DNA from: Rebecca billardiae RCC1528
Lineage: Eukaryota; Protista; Haptophyta
Length of the DNA stretch: 64,000 nt
Reading direction: 5' to 3'
Assembly (NCBI GenBank): GCA_965240325.2
Contig: OZ251234.1
Span: 806,001-870,000 of the forward strand
Made by a program: the position numbers and the translations under genes. The notes beneath the pieces are model-generated. The model was not told the DNA's origin and did not search any database. It worked only from the letters and a program-made list of their open reading frames with translations. Of the stretch, positions 55,876 to 64,000 are shown piece after piece. Numbering within the stretch: the first letter of the stretch is position 1; the number at the start of each line of letters is the position of its first letter.

Positions 55876-58800
55876 TCATTCGAGCAGCCTATGCCCCCCG
55901 TCCCGCCCCGTCACGGTGCCCGGCGGCGGCGCCTGCCTCTCTGACGGGTGGCCAGCACCTCCCAGACCGAGATTGTGCTTGGCGCCGCCGGGCGCGCTCA
56001 CAGTAGAGGCGCGGTCGCGGGGCACACCGCGGCCACGCGCCGTCGTCACGTTGGCAAAAGCCAGCGGCGGACCTGCGGGGCTGCCGCCCACCGCGCCGCA
56101 CGCGTTCGCTCGCATCGAGCAGTTCTCGTCGCGACCGCCCTCTTCGGCCGACTCGGCATCCGAGCGCGCGGCGTCGGCGTCAGCCGCACGCGCCGGGCCG
56201 CGCGCGGGCGAGGCCGGGCACGACGTCGCGGCGCGCTCGACGCTCGCCTCCTGCGACCGCGCGCGCGCGGAGGGGGGGGGGGGGGGGTTCGCGCGAACGG
56301 GCGGCGTGATGAGCCGTGCCACGCGCCGCGTGCTGCCGTGCGCGCTCCGCGCCCCGAGCCACATCGCGTACCCAGCGCCCCACGCATATGCCGCGCACCG
56401 CCGCACCGCGCGCCGCGCGCACCAGCTCGGCGACGCGCCGCTGCAGCCGCGCGAGCGCTCGGCTCTCGAGCCTGCGCGCCGGGTTGTTGACCACCAGCCG
56501 CGCGCGCGCGCCCAGCCCGAGCGTGCACAGCGTCTCGTCGCGGTCGCGCGCGCTGGGCGAGGCGGAGACGACGAGCAGGGCGCGCGCGCTGCCGCCCAGG
56601 CAGTCTCGGAGCAGGCAGGTCAGCTTGGCATTCCGATACGGCACGTGCGACTCCTGCGGCCGACGGGAGGCGCGCGCCGGCCGGGCGGACGGAGGCCGCG
56701 CGGCGTGAGACGCGTGCGCAGGCCCCGCGGTGAGACGCACAGGCTGGACGGACGTGCGTCTCAGCGGACGTGGGCGAGCGGGGCCGGCCGCGGCGCGAGT
56801 GGGGGTGCTGCCTGGGCACGCACGAGCCTTGCGCGCACCTTCTGTGCCAGTGCGCGCACGACGTCCGACAGCGCCGACAGCGAGCGGTTGATGGCCTGCG
56901 CCTCCTTGAGCTGAGCGCCGCCCGCGCCCGACCTACCGACGCGCTCGGCGCCCGCGAGGTCTGCGAAGAGAAGACGGCCGCGCGGCAGCGCGGCGGCGCC
57001 GGCGGCGTCGGGCGCGGGTGCGGCGTGCGGCGGCGCGCCCTCCTCCGCCGCGAAGCTCAGCGTGCACAGCACGTGCGAGCGCGAGGACTCGGCGTTCATG
57101 GCGGTCGCGCCGACCGCGCGCCGCCGCAGCGCGCCGCCGACCAGCGCAATCAGCTCACGCGCACTCGACGTGGGCGTGCGCGCGGCGCCGCGCACGTGCG
57201 CGCCGCCCCACGGGTCCTCCTTGATGGCGAGCGGCGCGGCGGCGGCGCCGGGCGCGAGCAGCAGGTCGTGCAGCACGTCGTTGTGCAGCTCGATCAGTGA
57301 GACGAAGACGCGCGCCGCCGGCGGCGCGCGCGCGTCCGCGGCGGCGCCGCCCTCGGCCGTCGCGGCCGCGAGCGCGCGCGCCGCGGCCAGTCCGTCAAAG
57401 AGGCGCACGGCGGCGCGCGGCAGCAGCCCGGCGCCCTCGGCGAGGACGACGTCGTCGTGCGCCCCCGCCCGCTCCTCGAGCGCACCGCCCGCCTGCCCGA
57501 CCACCGTGTGCGTCTTGCCCGCGCCCGTCTGGCCGTAAGCCAGAACCCCGGCCGAATAGCCGTCCAGTGCGCCGTCGACGAGTGAGGCCACGCCTGCCGC
57601 CTCAAAGAAGCGTGCCTGGCTGACCTCCGGGCCGAGGGCGGCGGCGAACTCGAAGGACTGCGGCGGGACGAGCGTGGGCGTGTGCGGCGGCGGGAGCACC
57701 GTTGCCGAGTGCTCGTCGTCCACGCGCAGCGTGAGCGGCTCCGCCGCCTCCGCAGCGCCCACGGGCGGCCGCACTCGCAGCACGACACGGATGTTGCCGC
57801 GCGCGCGCTCGAGCGCAGCGGCGGCGTGCGCGCGCTTGCGCCGCTCGTCGCGCAGCGTGGAGCGGAGCGTGCCGAGCTGCGCGGACGCGGCGTCGGCGTG
57901 CTCGCGCGCGGACGCGGCCGCAGCCTCCTGCGCCGCGCGCGCCTCCGCCTCCGCCGATGCGGCGCGCGCCTGCGCCGCCTCGGCCGCCGCCTCCGCTCGC
58001 GCGGCGCGCGCCTCCGCCTCGGCCGCGGCCGAGCCCGCCTGCGCCGCGCGCGCCTCCGCCTCCGCCGAGGCGGCACGCGCCTGCTCCGCCGAGGATACCG
58101 CCTCTGCGCGTGCGGCGCGCGCCTCGGCCACCTCCGCCGCCGTCTCCTGAGCGGCGCGCGCCTCCGCCTCCGCCGACGCGGCGCGCGCCTGCGCCGCCTC
58201 GGCCGCCGCCTCCGCGCACGCGGCGCGCGCCTCGGCCTCGGCCGCGGCCGAGCCGGCCTGTGCCGCGCGCGCCTCCGCAGCCACGCACTCGTCCAAGGCC
58301 ACGCCGAGGGCGGCGCGCGCCTCGGCCGCGTCCTCCCGCGCCGCCTCGCGCGCACGCGCCGCCTCTGCCTGCGCCACCTCGGCGCTCCGCGCGTCGGCGT
58401 GGGTTCGCGCGCCGTCGCGCGCACACGGCAGTGCGCTCTCCGCGCGCGCGGCGCCCGAGTCCGCCTCCGCCGCGGCCTCCGCCGTCGGCGCGGCTTTGCT
58501 CGGGCCGGCGTACGCGCTCGGCGGCTCCGGCGAGGGCTGCGTGCCGCGCTCTACGCCGAGCGGCTGCGCTCCGGCTGCCCCACCGCGCGCGGCCGAGGCT
58601 GGCGGCGGCGGCTCGCGCGGCGGCGCGGCGCGCTCGGCAGCGGGTGAGGAGGAGACGGCGGCGGCCGCGCTCAGCGCGGCGCCGAGCGCGCGCGCGGGCG
58701 ACGGGCGCGGCCGCTCGTCGGGCGCCGACGGCGGGCTGCCCGCGTCGATGAGCGCCGGGCTCTCCTGCCTCGCGCGCACGCGCGCCGCCGCCGACGCCGC

Positions 58801-60960
58801 GCGCGCCTCCGCCAGCTCCGCCTCGAGCCTAGCGATCTCGCGCTGCGCAGCTGACGCCTCAGCCTCATGCGCCGAGAGCGCGGTCGCTAGCATGGCCGCG
58901 CGCGCCTCGGCCGCGGCGAGCTGCGCGCGCGCCGCGTCGGCGTCGGCGCGCGGGTCGAGCGGCGTGGCGTCGTCGCGCGCGGCGCCGGAGCCCGCGCGCT
59001 CCGCGCCCGCCGCGCCCTCCCGCGCGCTCGCCAGCTGCGCCCGCGCCTCCGCCACCTCCCTGCAGACGCTATCTCGCGCAATCTCGAGACGGCGGATCTC
59101 GGCGCGCAGCCCAGACTGCACGGCGTGCGCGCGCACCGCGGCGGGCGTGGCGGAGACGGCGGAGGGCGTGAGCGGCGGCGGCGTGGGGAAGAGGCCCTTC
59201 CGCCGCGCCGACGACGGCGGCGTCGCCAGCGAGGTCGGCGGCAGCAGCGCGCCGAACCCACCGCCGCCACCGCCGCCGCCGCCGCCGCCACCGCCCGCGC
59301 CGGCAGTTGCCGCCGACGGCGCCGAGCCGTGCGCTGCGCCCGCCGGCGGGGGCGAGCCGGGCGGCGGGAGGACGGAGAGGCCGGCGCCCAGCGGCGGAGC
59401 CGCCGCCGCGCCCGCCGCAAACGCAGCTGCTGCGCTCGGTGCCGGCACCACCTCCGCCTCCGCGCGCGCGGGCGGCTGGCCAACGTCGCGCGCGGCCGCA
59501 GCCACGCTCGTCGCGGCCGCGCGCGCGCGCGCGGCCGCAGCCTCGTCCGCGGCCGTGCGGCGCAGCAGGTGCTGCCCGAAGGCCTCGCGCTGCGTGAAGG
59601 CCTCGGAAGGGAGCGCGAGCGGCGCGGCGCCGCTCAGCGCGAGCGCGCCCGCCGAGGCGAGCGCCGACGCCGCCGGACCCAACGGCGCGGGCCTTAGGAC
59701 ATTTCCGTAACGGCCGCCGGCTGCACGAAGCCACGACTGAGGCAATCGCGCTGCTCGGCGCGCGCCGCCCTCGGCGGCTGTGCCGCCGGCGCCGTCCGGC
59801 GTGTCGGCGTGCGGCGCGTCGGCGTCGTGCGCCGCGCCGGTGGCGGGCGTGACCGCGCCACTCACCGCGCGCATCGCCTCCTCCGCCGCCGCCTCCGCGC
59901 CCTCGGCGCGCGCAGCCAGCGCCACGCACGCCTCGCGCGCCGCGTCCGCGTCCGCGCGCGCGCGCGCCGCCTCGGCCTCGGCCGCGCGCACCGCCGCCGT
60001 CGCGGCGGTGAGCTGCGCCTCGCGGTGCGCGGTGGACTCGAGCTGCACGGCGAGGGAGAGGTTGAGCGCCTGCGTCGACGCGAGCTCCGCGCGCACCGCC
60101 GCGAGCGCCGCGAGCACGCTCGACTCGCCGCCGCCGTCCGCGCCGCCGGCGGCGTCAGCCGTCGCCGACGCCGCCGCGGGCGAGGGGGGACGGGCCGCGC
60201 ACGCGCCGCGCGCGTCCGGCGTCGTGCGCGTGGGCGTGGGCGGCGCGAGGCTGGTCCGCGCCTCGCCCGCGCCCGCGCGCATCCCCGCGAGCTGCGCGCC
60301 CAGCCGCTGCGCCTCGAACCGCTCGCGCTGCAGCCCGAGCGCCCCCTCCAACTCCACATCCGTCAGCTCGAGCGCGAGCGCTCGCGCCTCGGCGCGCGCG
60401 CGCGCCTCGGCCGCGCCACCGAGCTCGGCGCGTGCGCGCTCGGCGTCGAGCGCGGCGCGGAGCTGCTCGGCGGCGTTGAGCGCGGCCTCGGCCTCCTCTC
60501 GCGCGTCGTCCAGCGCGCCGCTCTTCTCCGCCAGCTCCTCCTCCAGCGCGGCGCGCCTCGCCGCCTCCGCACGCGCGCGCACCACAACTTCCTCCGAGGA
60601 GCCGCCGGCGGCGCCGCCGTGCGACGCGCGCCCGCCGGCCGCGGTGGCGGGCCTGGGGCCGGCGGCGCCGCCCGTGGTGCGCAGCTGGCGCGTGAGCGCG
60701 TCGACCTGCGCGCGCAGCGCCGCGTTGATCGACGCGAGCGTCGCCGCCGACTCGTGCACGTTCGCAGACACGACGTTTTTGATCTTCTTGGCGCGTGCCG
60801 CGAACCGAAGCGTTGAGACGGTTTCGGCCATGTGTGCGCGCGCGGGCGAGCACGCGCACAGGAGCGTGGTCTTCGCGTTGCCGCCGAGGGACTCGGAGAG
60901 CAGCCGGGTGAGCTTCGAGTCGCGGTACGGCACGTGCGGCTGAACCACGCACGCGCGCAC

Positions 60961-60991
<31 letters not shown>

Positions 60992-61928
60992 ATGTCAGCG
61001 CTGCACGGGCGACTCGCGTTCGCGCGGCGCGGGCGACGCGCGCGCGCACCTTGCCGTCGGCGAGGGCGGAGATGACGTTCCCGAGCGCGGAGAGCGAGCG
61101 GTTGATGTTCTGCGCCTCCGCAAGCGTCTGCCCCTCCGCGCCCGTCTGCCGCACCTTCTCGCACCCCGCGAGGTCGACGGCGTTCAGCAGGCCTTCCTTA
61201 GCGGAGCCATCCGGCAGCGTCGCGCGCACCACGAGCGAAAAGATCGAGTGTGAGCGCGAGGAGTGCTCGTTCATGCGCGTGGCGGAGACGGCGCGCGCGG
61301 CGTTGCCCAGCCGCACGAGCGAGAGCACCTCCGACTCCGAGCCGACGTACACCGTCGTCACGTCCTTGGCGAAGACGCCGCGCTCCGCCGACTCGGCAAT
61401 CTTGAGATTCTCCTTGGAAGGATCGAGCAGGTCGCGGACCTTCTCGTTGTAGATCTCGACGTACGAGCACGAGATGAGGTACGACGCGCCGCGCGTGTCC
61501 GATCGGATCGCGCTGAACACCTGCGCCGTCACGCGCGGCAGCACGCCCGCCGCGCCCGCGGCGGACACGTCGGAGACGTCCTGACCGTACATGGTGAAGG
61601 TCTTCCCGCTGCCCGTCTGCCCGTACGCCATGAAGGTGGCGTTGAAGCCCGAGCACACGTCGGCGGCGAGCGGCTCGGCCGCCTCAGCGTACACGTCCAG
61701 CTGGCTCGCGTCCGGGCCGAACACGTGGTCGAGCGTGAACTGCTCGCGCGCGCTGTCCGCGTCGAGCACGACGCGCCGAGACGACGCGTCGAGCTCGAGC
61801 CCGAGCACGTCCTCGGGGCGGCCGGCGGCCTCGCGCTCGGACGGCGGGCGGAAGCGGGCGACGACTCGCACGCTGCACGCCGTGGACGTCGAGCCGCCCG
61901 CAGTCGGCGGTGTGGTGCCCTTGGCCAT
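55876..61928 (-). CDS. Kinesin with two motor domains (N-terminal kinesin-1-like and C-terminal kinesin-14-like) joined by an Ala-rich coiled-coil stalk
   Basis: Motor 1: [39 protein letters not shown]. Motor 2: [42 protein letters not shown]. Predicted GT-AG introns 60940-61049, 56654-56838 and ~56251-56422. Confidence 0.85.
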
Positions 61929-62346
61929 TGCGCCGTCCCCACACGCAACGTCGACGCGGATGTGACGGCCGCGAGCGCCGAACCTGTCGAGGCCAATTCA
62001 AACTTCGATGCGCGCGCAGAGGTGGCCGCCCGGACGCGAGAGCTCGCCCACGGACCTTGGCGGGGTGGCTTGGAAGAGGGTAGCTGAGCGCACGATCTCG
62101 AGATTTCGCCGCTTCCGGCAGCCGCTGCGTAGCGGTGCCGCTCGCACGCGAGCCCAGCCCTCGCCGAGCGGCCTCTAAGATTGCTGACTGAGAGTGGCAG
62201 CGCCGCACAGAGCGCGGTTGGCATCGAAGGGCGTCAGCAACTCGCCGCGAGCGACCGCCAGTGGCACCGGGCCAGCAAGTGGCGCGCTCAGTCGCAGGCG
62301 CGAGTCGAGCCCTCGCTGCGCACGCACGCGCGCACGCACGCGCGCG
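61929..62346. promoter_or_regulatory. Putative bidirectional promoter region
   Basis: 418 bp between the divergent ATGs of the kinesin and the ankyrin-HDAC genes. Confidence 0.5.
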
Positions 62347-64000
62347 ATGGGCGACCGCAGCGCCGTCCCGCTGGACCCGCTTCCCGATGCGCTCCCGCTC
62401 GCCGACACCTTCGTCCCGCCGCCGCCGATCAGCGTGCCCACGAGCGCTCACGCGGAGCGCGCCGAGAAGCGCGCCGTGCTCTTCACCGCCGCCGAGGATG
62501 GCTCGGGCGCGCCCGCGTTGAAGCGGCTTCGGCCGCTGCAGCTGGACACGGAGCTCGCGCTGATCGAGTCAGGCGCCACCGTCGACTCGCCCTTCGCGCC
62601 GACCACGCCGGCGACGACCAAGGCGCGGCGTCGCACGCCGCTGCACGAGGCCATCGTGGCGGCGTCCGAGTCGGCGGTCGCCGCGGCGCTCGAGGTGGCG
62701 GCGAGCGTGCCCTCCGTGCTTGACGCGAAGGACGAGCACGGGCACACGCCGCTGATCACCGCCGCCAGCCTCGAGGCCTCCGACGGCCTCCCGGCGCGGC
62801 TCGTGCGCATGCTGCTCGAGCGCGGCGCGAGCGCCGACACATCCGACGAGAGCGGGTACACGGCGATGCACTGGGCGGCGGCGCTGGGCCACGTGGGCGT
62901 GGTGCAGCTGCTCGCCGAGTCGAGCGCGCCGCTCGAGGCGCGCTCGAACGCGGGCGAGACGCCGCTCCACCGCGCCAGCCGGCTCGGCCACGCCGAGTGC
63001 GTGCGCGCCCTCGTGCGCGCGGGCGCGGACGTGCGCGCCCGCTCGCGGCGTTCCGAGGGCGCCGTGGAGGTGGCGGGGTGCTTCGAGGGGCGCGTGAACC
63101 CGAAGCTGCGGCAGAGCACGCTGCGCGCGCTCGTGCAGTGCGCGCCCGTGCTGCGCACCCTCGTCCTCTCGCACCCGGACTGCCAGCTGCACGCCACGCG
63201 GCCCGGCCACCAGGAGGCGCCGGGGAGAATCGGCGCGATCATGTCCAAGCTCACCTCCGCGCGCATCTTCGACAAGAGCGAGCTGAGCTGCCAGGCGGAG
63301 TTCGAGCCGGCGACGCGCGAGGCGCTGCTGCGCGTGCACTCCGCCGGCTACGTCGACTCGGTCTTCACCCTCGCCGCCTCGCTCGAGCGGCACCGGCTGA
63401 GCGCGCCGGTCGCCTTCACCCCGCACGTGCAGCACGCGCACGCGGCCGGCGCGTCGCCCAACGGCGAGCTGGCGGGCGGCGGCGGCGGCGGCGGCGGGCG
63501 GCGCGGGGGCGAGCAGGCCGCGCGCGGCTTCGACGTCCAGGCCTACGCCGCCGAGCTCGCCAAGCTCCACGCGCGGGAGGCCGAGGCACTCGCCGCCGCC
63601 GAGCCGCCGCCGCCGGCCCGCGCCGGTGACAAGCCGTCTGCAAGCGCTGGGCGGCGTACCGCCTTGCACCCGGCCCTGGCCGACGGGCCGACGGCGAACG
63701 CGGGCAGGCGCGCCGCGGCGAACGCAGCGCGCAACGCCGAGCGGCAGGGCGGGCAGACCGCGCAGACCGGCACGCCGCCCCCGCCCGGCGGCGAGGCGGG
63801 CAGCTCGGGCGCGGCCAAGGCTGCGGGCGACATGCTGGCCCCCAGCGCCCCGGCCGCGCGCGCGGCGAGCGGCGCGCCGGGCACGGAGGACAGGCGCTCG
63901 GAGTGCGGCGGCGCCGGCGCGGCTGCCGCGCGAACCGACGCCAAGGACGAGCCGCCCGCGATGCCGCAGCTCATGTCGCAGGTCTCCTCCGACACGTCCT
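62347..64000 (+). CDS. Ankyrin-repeat class II histone deacetylase-like protein (runs off the window end; absent from the ORF track)
   Basis: Open frame from ATG 62347. Ankyrin repeats TPLHEA, GHTPLITAA, GYTAMHWAA, GETPLHRA. HDAC N-terminal motifs H..GHQEAPGRI and LLRVHSAGYV, with SSDTS at the window edge. Confidence 0.85.
   Translation, partial: MGDRSAVPLDPLPDALPLADTFVPPPPISVPTSAHAERAEKRAVLFTAAEDGSGAPALKRLRPLQLDTELALIESGATVDSPFAPTTPATTKARRRTPLHEAIVAASESAVAAALEVAASVPSVLDAKDEHGHTPLITAASLEASDGLPARLVRMLLERGASADTSDESGYTAMHWAAALGHVGVVQLLAESSAPLEARSNAGETPLHRASRLGHAECVRALVRAGADVRARSRRSEGAVEVAGCFEGRVNPKLRQSTLRALVQCAPVLRTLVLSHPDCQLHATRPGHQEAPGRIGAIMSKLTSARIFDKSELSCQAEFEPATREALLRVHSAGYVDSVFTLAASLERHRLSAPVAFTPHVQHAHAAGASPNGELAGGGGGGGGRRGGEQAARGFDVQAYAAELAKLHAREAEALAAAEPPPPARAGDKPSASAGRRTALHPALADGPTANAGRRAAANAARNAERQGGQTAQTGTPPPPGGEAGSSGAAKAAGDMLAPSAPAARAASGAPGTEDRRSECGGAGAAAARTDAKDEPPAMPQLMSQVSSDTS

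Noticed and set aside
62448-63995. Minus-strand ORFs listed in the track
   Set aside because: They are antisense shadows of the plus-strand ankyrin-HDAC frame.

Overview
This is very GC-rich eukaryotic DNA with short GC-rich GT-AG introns. It is probably from an alga or protist (a haptophyte is a guess from sequence style only). Bases 1 to ~55,720 are a deeply nested transposon graveyard. It holds a truncated DIRS/tyrosine-recombinase retroelement and three different Ty1/Copia LTR elements: one near-intact with a MYND-like finger, one gag-only, and one intact with a -1 frameshift. It also holds a family of CA..TG foldback/MITE DNA transposons with 7-bp TSDs (P/Galileo-like, up to 6.8 kb), Helitron2/Helentron-like elements with asymmetric TIRs and a 3' hairpin, and short one-ended insertions. 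Embedded among these are three intact, intronless genes for signal-peptide-bearing glycan-decorating enzymes (SGNH acetyl-esterase/transferase, FkbM methyltransferase, polysaccharide pyruvyltransferase), each preceded by the same 25-bp transposon end. The right end is ordinary host gene space: a kinesin gene with two motor domains and a divergent ankyrin-repeat histone deacetylase. Best candidates for something new: (1) all three Copia elements lack a tRNA primer-binding site and have an 8-bp TG-N4-CA palindrome there instead; (2) the repeated TE-end / glycan-enzyme / Helitron-end cassette; (3) the tandem N- plus C-terminal motor kinesin.
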